From Octopus vulgaris (Eukaryota), in contig OX597839.1 in NCBI GenBank assembly GCA_951406725.2, positions 27,280,001 through 27,344,000 on the forward strand: a DNA stretch of 64,000 nt, given 5' to 3'. The position numbers were made by a program, and so were the translations under genes. Position 1 is the first letter of the stretch. Every line of letters starts with the position of its first letter. Under the pieces are notes generated by a model, which had not been told where the DNA came from, searched no databases, and saw only the letters and a list, made by a program, of their open reading frames with translations. Positions 14,012 through 27,484 of the stretch are shown here, piece by piece.

Positions 14012-14171
14012 CTGGCATACACACATGTGTACAGATGCATATTTAGGCATATATATATGGATAGGCGTGTGCATGTGCGTGCCTATATATATAATATACA
14101 TACATATATATATATTATATATATACGTACACACACACACACACACACATATACACTTTTTAAGACGCCTT

Positions 14172-14450
14172 TCGACCATGGGATTGCACCTAGAAAGTTA
14201 CCCTCCAAGGCACAAGTCCGGGCCAGGTTGTTTGTGGAAGACCAGCAGTCACCCATGCATACCAGCCGCCCCTCCTTTCCACGCCACTGATGTTTTCCAA
14301 GGGAAAGGGAAAGGGGCCGATACAGCTTGGCACCCGTGACGTCGCAACTCATTTCGACAGCTGAGTGAACTAGAGCAACATGAAATAATGTGTCTTGCTC
14401 AAGAATACAACACGCAGCCCAGTCCTGGAATCGATCTCACAACCTCACGG
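14172..14450 (-). mobile_element. SINE family D, 5' truncated
   Basis: Reverse complement of the element at 50327-50665. Confidence 0.8.
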
Positions 14451-15619
14451 AAGTATGTACTGGACAACTACAAGTCAAACCAAAAACTGAATGGGATAAG
14501 TTTATGCATAACAGAACCTCACTGTGCTCCAGCATGGCCGCAGTCAAATGACTGAAGCAAGTAAGGGAGTAAAAGAATATTCCTTTTGTGTCAATGATGT
14601 GAAGGAATATGGGAGTCTCCTGACTGACTGTTTTATAGTTTGTTGGCTGTTCCTCAGAGAAGAAGTGCTTACTTTCTCCCCAATCTATAACGTAGATCAG
14701 TTGATATGTAAAGCAGTCATAAATTAAGCTAGCACAGTTCGTCCTTAATAAAATAATAATGATTTTATGCTCAGCAGAGCATGAATAGAAAGGAAATAAA
14801 TTAAAATATTATAAAGACTCGTTGGGAGGGGGTGGGGCAGAGAATAGAGAAAACTGTTTAGAAACGTGCAAGTACATGTATACGAGAGAGAGAGAGAGAG
14901 GAAAGAGAGAGGGGTGAAACAGATAGAGAGAGAGAGGGGGGAAGAGAGAGTGGTGAAACAGATAGAGAAAGGGACTCAAAGAGTATGAGAGAGAGAGAGG
15001 AGGGAGAAGCAGTTGGAGAAGCGGAATGAAAGAGCGCTATAGAACGAATGTGAAACGAAAAGTGAGAAAGCAAGTCCTCAGTCCACTTGGCCGTTAGGAA
15101 GAACAACAAGATTTTATGAAGTGAAAACTTGATACAACTGTTCAAAATCTATAACACACACACACGCACGCACGCATTTCTATTGAGGAATGGCACCACG
15201 ATTCCATTACCCGAATTCTTTTATTGGTTTGGTTTCTCTGATCGATTGATTGATCTGTTTGCTGAACGGATTTGTGTTACGGATCATAAATAGCACAAAC
15301 AGCAGAGAAAACGAACGAACGATAATCTGTTGGGTTTTTTTCCCCGAACGATTTGTCAGATAGAAATCAAATGAAAAGAAGGTTTAGCAAGATGGATTGG
15401 TGCAAGCGTTTCTTTCTGCGAAGACAATGTCGTAAAAGGAAAGTAATTTGTCAGAAACTGCGGGCAGCAGCAGTAGTAGCAGCAGTAGTAGCAAATGTGT
15501 TAGATGCGTCCCAGAAGGAGAGGCTAGAGTTTACGGAAATCTCGTCCCAGGAGACAGGATGAAATAAGCAGAGAGCATATTTAAAGGGGAAGAAATTCCT
15601 TTGAGCATGTGTGAAGGAG

Positions 15620-15791
15620 AGAGAAGAGGGGGAGAGAGAGAGAGATGGAAAGGTAGGCAGAGAGAGAGGGAGAGAGAGAGAAAGGTAGGCAAAGAGAGAG
15701 AGAGGGGAGAGAGAGAGAAAGGTAGGCAGAGAGAGAGAGAGGGGGAGAGAGAAAGGTAGGCAGAGAGAGAGAGAGGGGGAGAGAGAAAGGT

Positions 15792-15822
<31 letters not shown>

Positions 15823-15980
15823 AAGGTAGGCAGAGAGAGAGAGAGGGAGAGAGAGAGAAAGGTAGGCAAAGAGAGAGAGAGAGGGGAGAGAGAGAGAAAG
15901 GTAGGCAGAGAGAGAGAGAGAGAGAGAGAGGGGGAGAGAGAGAGAAAGGTAGGCAGAGAGAGAGAGAGAGAGAGAGAGGG
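15620..15980. repeat. Polypurine compound repeat: AAAGGTAGGC spaced by variable (GA)n, about 9 units
   Basis: Seen directly. Confidence 0.9.
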
Positions 15981-16321
15981 GCATTGACTTTAAAATGTAA
16001 TACTTGTATGGAAAATAACTGAAGCGCAAATGATAAGGAGAAATCGTAAAATCTGTTTTTCGAGGGTTTTGCACTGGAGACAGCTTTGGTTATTGTTTGA
16101 TGCGAGCGGATCATTTACTGCGGGATTAGAAGTGGACCATTTACTGCGGACCTTCTATATGTAGCTGAAAAACAGAATTAACAATAAAACAATTGGAAGG
16201 TGTTTGTAATTGGGAAAGAGAAATACAGGTAAAACACCGATGTTGTGGACAATAAATGGTCCGGAACCTCTCAGAATCCGGACTAATTAACATACTGATG
16301 ATACACGGTTTTCTTTTCTTT

Positions 16322-16724
16322 TATTCTTTTTACTTGTTTCAGTCATTTGACTGCGGCCATGCTGGAGCACCGGCTTTTCGTCGAGCAAATCGACCCCAGC
16401 ACTTATACTTTGTAAGCCAAGTACTTATTCTATCGGTCTCCCTTGCCGAACCGCTAAGTTACGGGGACGTAAACACACCAGCATCGGTTGTGAAGCGATG
16501 TTGGGGGGACAAGCACAGACACACAAACATACACACGCACATATATGCATATACATATATACGACGGGCTTCTTTCAGTTTCCGTCTACCAAATCCACTC
16601 ACAAGGCTTTGGTCAGCTTGAAGCTATAGTAGAAAACATTTGCCCAAGATGCCATGCAGTGGGACTGAACCTGGAACCATGTGGTTGGTAAGCAAGCTAC
16701 TTACCACACAGCGACTCCTACGCC
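16322..16724 (-). mobile_element. SINE family A
   Basis: Matches the family consensus. Confidence 0.9.
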
Positions 16725-16877
16725 TGTACGGGTGTTTAATTTAATTCCCCTTATTTTTTGTCTTTTATTTATTTCGATCATTAGACTTCGGCCATACTGG
16801 AGCACCGCCTTGAAAGGTTTTAGTCGAATACCTCGACCCTAGTCCTTTTTTTTAAAGCCTGGTACTTATTCTATATG

Positions 16878-17262
16878 CGGAGGCGCATGGCTTAGTGGTT
16901 AGGGCGTTGGATTCATGATCGTAAGATTGTGGTTTCGATTCCTGCGCCAGGCGACGCGTTGTATTCTTGAGCAAAACGTTTCATTTCACGCTGTTCCAGT
17001 TCACTCAGCTGGCAAAAAAGAGTAACCCTTCGAGGGACTAGCATCCCATCCAGGTGGGGAATATATAAGCCATGGAAACCGGGAAGCTGACAAGGCTGAG
17101 TAGAACCTGTCACGTTCTGTGACTCGCTGAATCCCTCTGATGACTACGTTTAAGGGTATGTGTGTCTGAGGAGTATTCAGCCGCGTGCACATTAATTTCA
17201 CGACGAGGTTATTCTGTTGATCGGAACAATTGGTACACTCGTCGTCGTAACCGACGGAATGT
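16878..17262 (+). mobile_element. SINE related to family B (tRNA head, same CTCGTCGTCGTAACCGACGG tail)
   Basis: A-box TGGCTTAGTGG, B-box GGTTTCGATTCC, tail shared with 28482. Confidence 0.75.
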
Positions 17263-17389
17263 CTTTTTTTTTTTTTTTTTTAGAGTGGGATGTCTATTAG
17301 GGAACTGTTTTTGCTCCCTTACTATCTGAAATCGCTCACTTGGAACTCCTCCCTTCATTGATCAGCTGTCTACCGTAAACCAGCTCCGT

Positions 17390-18030
17390 TGCATGACTTT
17401 TAGAGGCCCCCTGCAACTTTTTGTTTCAAGGCCCCATCCCTTCAATCAAAACTCATAATCTACGCACCTTCTATTCACATCTATATTTTATTTTATTCTA
17501 TCTGAAGTTCAATATTTCACATTATCCTAAAGAACATCTTTAAAACTACAACAAGTCAAATTTATTTAGGTCTATTACAAATTTCAATAAGTAAAACTTC
17601 CAGATATAAATAAAAGAGCATTTTTATAATCCAAGCAACTTCAAAGACAAACACGAGGCACTTTTCCCTTTGTGATATCATTGATCAGTTCAGAATAATC
17701 AAAAACTGAGAGCAAAGTTTGTGTTCAATAGATGTCGTAGACAATCCACAAAGTCTGCTACACGTTCGTGGTACAATGTAATATTTTTACAAGAACTTTT
17801 GCAGGTACAACGTATTACTATTTTATTTCTTGAAATTTTCGATAAACATAGTTTAATTCTTGTTCAACATCTTAACCAAAATAGATATATGTATTTCTTT
17901 ACTACCCACAAGGGGCTAAATCAAAATAAATATATGATTCATCTATGTACTTTGATCTTAATATGGGGCCCCTCAACCGCAGAGGCCTCTTGCGACTGCA
18001 GGGGTTGCAGGGGTTTAGCGACGTCCCTAC
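17390..18030 (-). mobile_element. Possible decayed hAT-like DNA transposon remnant
   Basis: GC-rich GGGCCCC sub-terminal motifs at both ends; degraded SIEHKLCSQF.YSELINDI resembles a hAT dimerisation tail. Confidence 0.35.
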
Positions 18031-18771
18031 CGTAAACCTGTATGGTGAGGATTTACAATTTTCAGAGTCAATCAAAGGCCCTGTTGATGTCCCAAAAACC
18101 TTATATAGGGCCTCAGGATCATACGCAAAGGGTCAAATAAAAACAATATTCAATGAGATATTAAAAAAATGAAAAAGAAACAAAAAACATTTAGGAGAAG
18201 AGGACGGGAAGTCTTGTGGGTTTGTGTCCTTTCGGTATCCGTCTACATTATTGCCCCTAACGATGTGCTCTCCATGTTCAGTATTTAATTAGAAGCAATC
18301 CAACAACTAATTACTAGGGAGATTGCTTCTCTGCAGCAGCTGAATAAACTACGAGATGGAGACGTTGAAAGCTTTTAGAATCTCTCCATCTGCGGAGCGA
18401 AGAAAGGAGGAGGGGGAGGAGAAGAGGAGAGCAACTCACTGCGGCTTTCATTTGCAACGACCTTGGAGACACGTGACTTCTCTACTTGACGGCGAGAGAG
18501 TAACAACAACAACAACAACAAAACTGATGATGATGATGATGATAATAATAATGATAATAATAATAGTAATAATAATAATAATAATAATGATTTGTGTAAT
18601 TGGTGTGGAGAAGACACTCGGCAAGAAAGAGAAACGAAATTGAAGGAAAAAGGAAAAAACAAAACAACAAAAATGATGATGATGATGATGATGACAGTGA
18701 TGAGAACAACAATAAAAATAACAACTATAAGTTCAATGATAGCAGCAGAAACACTATTGTCATTTTAAATC

Positions 18772-18913
18772 ACTATTATTATTATTATTATTATTATTAA
18801 TATTATTAATATTATTAATATTATTATTATTATTATCGTTAATATTATTATTATTATTATGGTAATATTTAAGGATTGATGTTACACCTCCCGAAGATAA
18901 AGAAACTATAAGA

Positions 18914-18946
<33 letters not shown>

Positions 18947-19848
18947 TATTATTTATTATTATTATTATTTATTATTTATTATTTATTATTATTATTATTA
19001 TTATTTATTATTATTATTATTTATTATTTATTATTATTATTATTATTATTATTTATTATTATTATTATTTATTATTTATTATTTATTATTATTTATTATT
19101 TATTATTTATTATTTATTATTATTATTATTATTATTTATTATTATTATTATTTATTATTTATTATTATTATTATTATTATTATTTATTATTATTATTATT
19201 TATTATTTATTATTTATTATTATTTATTATTTATTATTTATTATTATTATTATTATTATTTATTATTATTATTATTTATTATTTATTATTATTATTATTA
19301 TTATTATTTATTATTTATTATTATTATTATTATTATTATTTATTATTTATTATTATTATTATTTATTATTTATTATTTATTATTATTATTATTATTATTT
19401 ATTATTATTATTATTTATTATTTATTATTATTATTATTATTATTATTTATTATTATTATTATTTATTATTTATTATTATTATTATTATTATTTATTATTA
19501 TTATTTATTATTATTTATTATTTATTATTATTATTATTTATTATTTATTATTATTATTATTATTATTTATTATTATTATCATTATTATTATTATTTTTTA
19601 TTATTATTATTATTATTATTTATTATTTATTATTATTATTATTATTATTTATTATTATTATTATTTATTATTATTATCATTATTATTATTATTTATTATT
19701 TATTATTTATTATTATTATTATTATTTATTATTATTATTTATTATTATTATTATTATTATTATTTATTATTTATTATTATTATTATTTATTATTATTATT
19801 TATTATTATTATTATTAATTATTATTATTACCATTATTATTATTACTG
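18772..19848. repeat. (TTA)n/(TTTA) array, about 1.07 kb
   Basis: Seen directly. Confidence 0.95.
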
Positions 19849-20809
19849 TTGTTGCTGTTGTTGTTGTTGCTGTTTGTTCTCATTCTTGTTAATGTTATTA
19901 CGATATTATTATGGAAAAACATTGCGCATCAATTATAATAATAATAATAAACCATTAATAACGATAATATAACATTAATAACCAATTAATAGTGCTTCTT
20001 CTTCCTTCTTTTCAGTTTGTTTTTGTTGTCCTTGTTCCTTTCCATCTCTTCGCTGACGTATTTGATCTTCGCTTTTAAGAATCTTCCACTACGTTTTCAC
20101 CCACTTAACGACTATCATACACTCGAAGCGAATAACGCTTAAGAAGCTTTTAAATTTTTAAATAAAACCCTCTCTCTCCATCTCTCTTTTCCCCTCTCCC
20201 TGCCTCTCTCCCATTCTTCCCTTCCTCCCCATCTCTCTCTCCCCCATCTCTCTCTCTCTTTTCTCTCTCTCTCTATCTCTTTTCCCTAACTTTCTTTCTC
20301 TTCCTCTCTACCTTTGACTTTGTCTGTCTGTCTGTCTGTCTGTCTCTGTCTCTCTCTATCTTTCTCTCTTTGTCTCTCTATTCCCCTTTCTTTCTCTCCC
20401 CCCTCTCTTTCCTTCTTTCTTTTCTTTCTTTCTTTTTCTCTCTCTTTCTTTCTCTCTCTCTTTCTTTCCTTCTTTCTTTCTCCTTCTTTCTTTCTTTCTC
20501 CCTTTCTCTCTCTCCCCTCTTTCTTGCTATCTTTCTCTCTCTCCCCTCTTTCTTGCTTTCTTTCTTTCTTAATGTTAACTAATCACAGATATCTTTTCAC
20601 CATCTTTCTACTTGCTTCAGTCATTGGCCTGCGGTCATGTTGGAGCAATGCGATCATGAGTACAACACCCTGGCCACTAGGCTACGTGCCTTCACACACA
20701 CACACACACTCATTTTTGCCAGCTGAGTAGACTGGGGCAATGAGAAATAAAGAGTCTTGCTCAAGGGACACAACGCGCCACTGGGTATCGAACCCACGAC
20801 CTTCACGAT

Positions 20810-21282
20810 TATAATAATCCTTTCTACAATAGACACACGGCCTAATATTTGGAGGAGGGATTAAGTCGATTACATCGACCCCAGTACTAAACTGGTACTT
20901 AATTTATCGACCCCGAAAGGATGAAAGGCGAGATCGACCCCAGCGGAATTTGAACTCAGAACGAGAAGACAGATGAAATGCTGCTAAGCATTTTGCCCGG
21001 CATGCTAACGATTCTGCCAGCTCGCCGCCTTCTTCACAACTATAATAATACCCGGCGAGCTGGCAGAAACGTTAGCACGCCGGGCGAAATGCGTTGCCGT
21101 ATTTTGTCTGCCGTTACGTTCCGAGTTCAAATTCCGCCGAGGTCGACTTTGCCTTTCATCCTTCAGGGGTCGATAAATTAAGTACCAGTTACGCACTGGG
21201 GTCGATGTAATCGACTTAATCCGTTTGTCTGTCCTTGTTTCTCTCCTCTGTGTTTAGCCCCTTGTGGGTAGTAAAGAAATAT
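20810..21282. mobile_element. Two SINE family C copies head to head (about 20810-21029 on -, 21054-21282 on +)
   Basis: GGCGAGCTGGCAGAA head, GAGTTCAAATTCC B-box, GCCTTTCATCCTT central block. Confidence 0.85.
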
Positions 21283-21805
21283 ATAATAATACCCCTGGTA
21301 AATACAAAAGTGGGCGCTTTGCTAATTGATAGAAACCTCGTTATTTTGAGCTATAAACACAAGACCACAGGGCCACCACTTCCTTGTACGTCTTCCGAGT
21401 TTTCAGTCGAACGAAATCGTAGCTGCTAAAAACATAATCGCTGGCCATAAAGAGTTAAGTCATATTCGAGGTGTGAGCTGTTTCTTAGACCGATTTTTGT
21501 GTTTGTAAGAAGTGGTAAACCCCAATTTCCAGTTATGTTGTAGCCGAGGGCAAAAGCACTTTAGTCACTTCATTAACAAAAATGTATTTGTTTTCTTTTC
21601 TTCTTCAACCTTCTTCAACGAGAATCCATTGAAATACATCGCTGTAGTTTCAAGTAATTTCGAAGAAAAGATAAACAATTTAGTAAAATAAATGTGTTAT
21701 TCTTAAGTTGGTGTTTGAAACACGAATTAGCGTTAAATTTTAATGGAAGATTGTAACTGAGATCACTTTAACCCTTTGGTTACCATATCTCTGTTGAAAT
21801 ACACC

Positions 21806-22686
21806 ATATTTGTTTCAATTTACGGAGATGTACTTGCATAGTAAGTGACCTGATCTGAGATTGTGTGCTGAAACAAAAACCGTTAGGTTCACTTCAACAT
21901 TTAAATTTGAGCTGAGATGCAGTATGGAATTTTGTCAGTGAACAGGTCGCAGTCTCAAAGCGACGAACATATTTTGACAAATTAAATTTAAATGTTGAAG
22001 TAAATCTAATGGTTTTTGTGTGTTTCTTAAATGGCTAATAAACACCTTCCACGCTGCAATTGTTTTTGTTTCAATGAATATTTGTTTCAATTCACGGAGA
22101 TGTACTTGCATAGCAAGTGACCTGATCTGAGATCGTGTGCTGAAACAAAAACCGTTAGGTTCACTTCAACATTTAAATTTGAGCTGAGATGCAGTATGGA
22201 ATTTTGTCAGTGAACAGGTCGCAGTCTCAAAGCGACGAACATATTTTGACAAATTAAATTTAAATGTTGAAGTAAATCTAATGGTTTTTGTGTGTTTCTT
22301 AAATGGCTTATAAACACCTTCCACGCTGCAATTGTTTTTGTTTCAATGAATATTTGTTTCAATTCACGGAGATGTACTTGCATAGCAAGTGACCTGATCT
22401 GAGATCGTGTGGTGAAACAAAAACAAATGCAGCGTGGAAGGTGTTTATACGCCATTTAAAAACATACAAAAACCGTTAGGCTCATTTCAACATTTAAATT
22501 TAATTTGTCAAAATATTTTCGTCGCTTTGAAACCGCGACGAAATTTTGCCAGTGAACCGGTGGCGGTATCACAGCGACGAAAATATTTTGACAAATTACT
22601 TTTAAATGTTGAAGTAAATCTAACGGTTTTTGTGTTTTTTTAAATGACTTATTAACACTTTCCACGCTGCAATTGTTTTTATTTCA
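21806..22686. repeat. 272-bp tandem duplication followed by a foldback/MITE-like element (arms about 22412-22538 and 22560-22686)
   Basis: ACGGAGATGTACTTGC at 21822, 22094, 22366; long imperfect inverted arms. Confidence 0.8.
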
Positions 22687-22871
22687 ATGAATATTGAAAA
22701 ATTTAAGAATTTAGCAAAATATCTTTGTCATTATTAAATTAGTATTTGGAACACGGATTAGCATAATATTTTGATGGGAGGTTTTTCATTAGATCACTTT
22801 GACCCTGTTGACTTTGTTTCGATGAATTTTGAAAGAATTAAGAATACAGCAAAATATCTTTTCCGTTCTTA

Positions 22872-23420
22872 AGTTAGTTAGTTAATTTGGCTCAAAAGCA
22901 AATAGCAAGGCCATGTAGGGGGACATGGAGTTAAGTACAGGGTGGTGTTCATGTAAAGAGTTCAGGCCACTTGAGGTCAAAGGAGACTTTGAACAAAGCG
23001 GTCGTCGGCATCTTCACCATCTCGTCTGGCAGCTTGTTCCACGGATCCGCAACCCGGACGGAGAAAGCTCCTCTCCTTCGATTGAGATGAAATCGTCGCA
23101 GGTAGAGCTTTTCGGAATGACCCCGCAGCCGACGCTCTGGAGCAAGAGTGAAGAATAGCTCTTTCGAGAGGTTACACTTTCCGCTTATGATGTTGTGGGC
23201 GAGAATGAGATCACCACGGCGGCGGCGTTTTTCTAGAGAATAAAGGTCGAGCGTCCTCAGCCTTTCTTCATAAGACAAATTTTTGAGACCATGAACTATG
23301 CGGGTAGCCAGCTTCTGCACTCTTTCGAGATGCTGTATGTCTTTGAGGAGATAAGGAGAAGAGGCTTGAATCCTGTATTCCAATATGGGTCTCACCAGCG
23401 TGACATAGAGTGGTAGGAGA
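22872..23420 (-). mobile_element. CR1-like LINE, 5'-truncated 3' end with (TAAC)n tail
   Basis: LVRPILEY..KDIQHLERVQKLATR..LSYEERL..RRGDLI..LRGH..FSVRVADPWNKLP, then stop, short UTR and TAAC repeats. Confidence 0.9.
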
Positions 23421-24234
23421 ACGGTGTTTGGAACATAAATTAATATAAATTTTTGATGGAAAGTTTTAATTTAGAACACTTGAAATGTGAATATCCCCAG
23501 TGCATTCTGGGGCTGTCAGAATGCATTGATAGATTCGACATTTTTTTTGTAAAAAGTATAACTGTCACATTATCTAGAATTCCAATAAAATGTCCTTGGA
23601 ATTTATTAATATTGGCAAATTCTTCATACAAATTCTTAATGTCAACAGTCAATAAAATTCTCACGCAATTATATTTCTCATCATCTGTTGAAATCTAATG
23701 AATCAATTTTGTTACCAATTTTGCCACACAGTTCAAGATAATATTCGGTACATTATTAGACATTATTACCCCAATCTTCTGCTAGTAGACTGAATGCTGG
23801 GAAAATAAATAGTTTTTCATGTTGTTTTTCTTCATTGCTTCGCTTTCCTTTTTCACGATTTGACAAAAACTAGTTATTTTTAAAACGCATTTATTTCCTC
23901 TACTAACCTAATAATAGTCCGGTGGCAGCCATGTTGAGAAATATCTCATTTATCGGTCGTTGCAAACGTCACGACACTCATTTCGGTTTAATCTCCTGTC
24001 ATTAAAAAAAACATTAATTCACCATTTTAAAAATATCGAATACAGATTTTTAAGTAGAAAATGGTTTATAAAATAAAGTGACACATTCCGTTTGTTTTTT
24101 ATCAGAATACTGCCAATAAACTCCAAAACCACCTATCATTTGCTCATGTCAATTAATTTGGGTTTATTTTTGCCAAGGAACTCCTAAAATGGGTAACCTT
24201 TGCTTACATCGATTTCTTTTATCTTTTTTTTTTA

Positions 24235-24443
24235 TTTGTTTCAGTCATTTGACTGTGGCCATGCTAGAGCACCGTCTTTAGTCGAGCAAATCGGTCCCAG
24301 GACTTATTCTTTGTAAGCCTAGTACTTATTCTATCAGTCTCTCTTGCTGAACCGCTAAGCCACGGAGACGTAAATACACCAGCATCGGTTGTCAAGCGAT
24401 GTTGGTGGGACAAACACAGACACACACACAAACATATACATAC

Positions 24444-24494
<51 letters not shown>

Positions 24495-24659
24495 TGTGAC
24501 GGGCTTCTTTCAGTTTCCGTCTACCAAATCCACTCACAAGGCTTTGGTTGGCCCGAGACTATAGTAGGAGACACTTGCCCAAGGTGCCACGCAGTGGGAC
24601 TGAACCCGGAACCATGTGGTTGGTAAGCAAGCTACTTACCACACAACCGTTCCTGCGCC
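24235..24659 (-). mobile_element. SINE family A
   Basis: Matches the family consensus. Confidence 0.9.
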
Positions 24660-25249
24660 TAAATTTGTTCAATTTTTGTGTTACCAAGGTCGGCCAATAA
24701 ACTCCAAAGACGCTACCTTTCCTCATACCTGCTGATTTGTTTCCTTATCAAGGCACTGTCAACGATAAATTCTAAAAATGGCTACCCTTACTCATATCAG
24801 TCGACCTATCAAAATGGATGCTAAATATTTCACTTGCTTTTGCCTTTATAACGAAAATCAATAATTCTTTAATTAAAGATCTCCCGATATTTCATCACTT
24901 CGGCACCAGATCGTATCGTTTGACAATGGAATATAGAACAACTTCTTGGCAACATAATCTCCACCTCAAATACACATCATATCAATATTTGATGCTTGTA
25001 CGAGACTCCTTTCAATGTATCTATCCATCGCCCATCAAACACGAAGTAACGCATCAATGAACTCTTTTGTACTGAAGGAGGATATAGTATTATTATTTAA
25101 GCTACAAATTTGATGTCGCTAAACGGGCGTCTCTTTCCTTTCTTCGTTCAATAAAAAGTTGTCTTTCCACACAAAACCTTTACGATTCACTTCCGAAAGT
25201 CATTTCGAGTTTGTATCATGCTTTAGTGAATTGTTACTTAACACTTCTC

Positions 25250-25325
<76 letters not shown>

Positions 25326-25526
25326 TACACACGTATGTGTGTGTATAGAATCCTTTCTGCTATAGACACAAGGCCTGAAATTTGGAGTGGGGTGTGGGTA
25401 TTGTCGATTACATAGATTCCACGAAAAGAGGAAAACCAAAGTCGACCTCGGCAGAATTTGAACTCAGAACGCAGCGACGGGCGATATACTGCTAAGCATT
25501 TCGCCCGTCATGCTCATCTCACCCCC

Positions 25527-25581
<55 letters not shown>

Positions 25582-25582
25582 A

Positions 25583-25764
25583 AGGGAAAGTTTACGAAAA
25601 TAAACATAAGACGAAGGCAGGTGGAGTACAGACAAACAATGTATTAGTATAGCGCTCAGGAATAGAAAAAGTCTTTTACGTTTCGAGCCTACGCTCTTCG
25701 ACAGAAAGATACACAGAAAAAACAAAGAGAGAAAAAAATGCGTGTAGGAGCTAAAGATCTATCA
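25583..25764 (-). mobile_element. (TA)n-flanked short unit related to the 1171 and 57165 units
   Basis: Shared GTGGA..GTATTA..CGCTCAGGA layout and a hammerhead-like core. Confidence 0.55.
25672..25709 (-). ncRNA. Minimal hammerhead-like motif (core variant CUGUCGA)
   Basis: TCTTT-CTGTCGA-a-GAGC gtag GCTC-GAAAC-GTA-AAAGA. Confidence 0.55.
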
Positions 25765-26050
25765 TATATATAAACAATTATATATATATATATACTGAAA
25801 CTGCCAGAGATTTATTATTGCTATATATATAAAATACAAAATGGGACAAGAACGCAAAGCATCCGGACAGTTAGGTGATGCTAAAAGGGACAACAAAACA
25901 TCCAGATAGACGATACAAAGAAAACAAGGATGGATCGTTCGAAGCCCTCTATCTTCAGTCAAGCACCAGATTATCCTCGCAATTTCGGCTGATTATTCTT
26001 GAGATTGCTCCAATCTGGCCAGCCCCAAGGAAAAACTAAGCTAAGAGCAT

Positions 26051-26111
26051 TATATTCCTTGGAAGAAAGCAGCAAATATATATATATATATTTGCTGCTT
26101 TCTTCCAAGGA

Positions 26112-26116
<5 letters not shown>
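26051..26116. repeat. Perfect 66-bp palindrome centred on (TA)7
   Basis: TATATTCCTTGGAAGAAAGCAGCAAA (TA)7 TTTGCTGCTTTCTTCCAAGGAATATA. Confidence 0.92.
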
Positions 26117-26160
<44 letters not shown>

Positions 26161-26803
26161 TATATACATACATACATACATGTGTAGGCGCGTGGCCTAG
26201 TGGTTATGTTGTTGCACTCATGATCTATCAATCATCGGTTCGATTCTCGAAATGAGCGGTGTGTTGTGTTATTTCACGCTTCTCCAGTCCACTCGGCGGT
26301 AAATAGGTAACACCCTGCAACGGACTATTCTTCCAATCAGTGTGGGTAGGGGAATGTTGGCCTGTCCACCTAGCCAGCCGGGTGGCATCGTTCGAAAGCA
26401 AAAACAATGCAAAGCTCATCGTGGGCCAGGAACGTATAACATCATTAGATTGTCTGGACAATTATGCGACCACGTGATACAGCTGCGCACGCACACACAC
26501 ACACACACACACGCACACATATGTATATCTTCGTTTTCATATCTGCTTCGTAAGATTCCTTATATGAATTCTTGTGCGGAAAAGCCATAGGGCCTTCCTA
26601 TAACTCACTGATTCCATTTCCACTCATTTATTTATTTATTTATTTATTTATTTGTTTGTTTGTTTGTTTGTTTGTTTGTTTGTTTGTTTGTTTGTTTGTT
26701 TGTTTTGTTTTGTTTTGTTTTGTTTTGTTTTGTTTTGTTTTGTTTTGTTTTGTTTTGTTTTGTTTTGTTTTGTTTTGTTTTATATTATATTATATTTTAT
26801 TTA

Positions 26804-27198
26804 CTAGCAGTGTCGCCCGGCGTTGGTTGGGTTTGTTTCGACCCTTTAGAACTGGATTTTTTGAAAAGTAAAACTTTTGCATTATGTAGCTTGTTATTCT
26901 CTTTAAGTGAACATTTTTCTGGTTGAAATACACCGAAAAATGGCGACACAGCAGTCAAAAAATCGTAAAAAAATAGGGATTTTCATAGAAAAAAAAAAAG
27001 CACCTTTTTGATGTAAATAATTTTTGGTGTTAACATGGTCCGATTTGAATTTTTTCTTCTATGGAAGGAAGAGCAAACCTTCTTCTAGCATACTCTCAAT
27101 TTTGGTCAACTTGTGCCGCAGGGTCTCGGAGGAGATGGTGTTAGTTGAAGGCTACCAAACCTGCCACACACAGACAACTTCAGCTTTATTTATATAGA
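26804..27198 (-). mobile_element. Non-autonomous Helitron
   Basis: 5' TCTATATAAATAAAGCTGAAGTTG, 3' CCC..CAACGCCGGG hairpin then CTAG, A/T insertion site; termini shared with 32576. Confidence 0.75.
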
Positions 27199-27360
27199 TT
27201 TATTCCAGAAAGCTTTCTCGTCGCTGCATTTGCTACCGCATCAATAGATTCTGATTCTGACCGTCCGTTATTGCCGAAAAAGCATTCTGGAATGAATAAA
27301 TAAATAAATAAATAAGTGGAAATTGTTATATTAAGGCAGTGTGACTCTCTCCAGACACGT

Positions 27361-27414
<54 letters not shown>

Positions 27415-27484
27415 TCAGGGTGAATACTTGATAATTGTAAGCACCTGTATATACCATTTAGTGGTGTAGGTGGTAGAGTATATT

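Noticed and set aside
15050-15600. Unique sequence that might be a promoter or 5' UTR exon on the - strand (GTAATG donor near 15210)
   Set aside because: No diagnostic motif and no linked ORF
16107-16150. Duplicated GGA(T/C)CATTTACTGCGG motif
   Set aside because: Only two copies; simple local duplication is enough to explain it
25930-25962. CTGAAGA..TTCGAAC on - strand as a hammerhead
   Set aside because: GAAA incomplete and stems weak; kept only as a possible decayed relative
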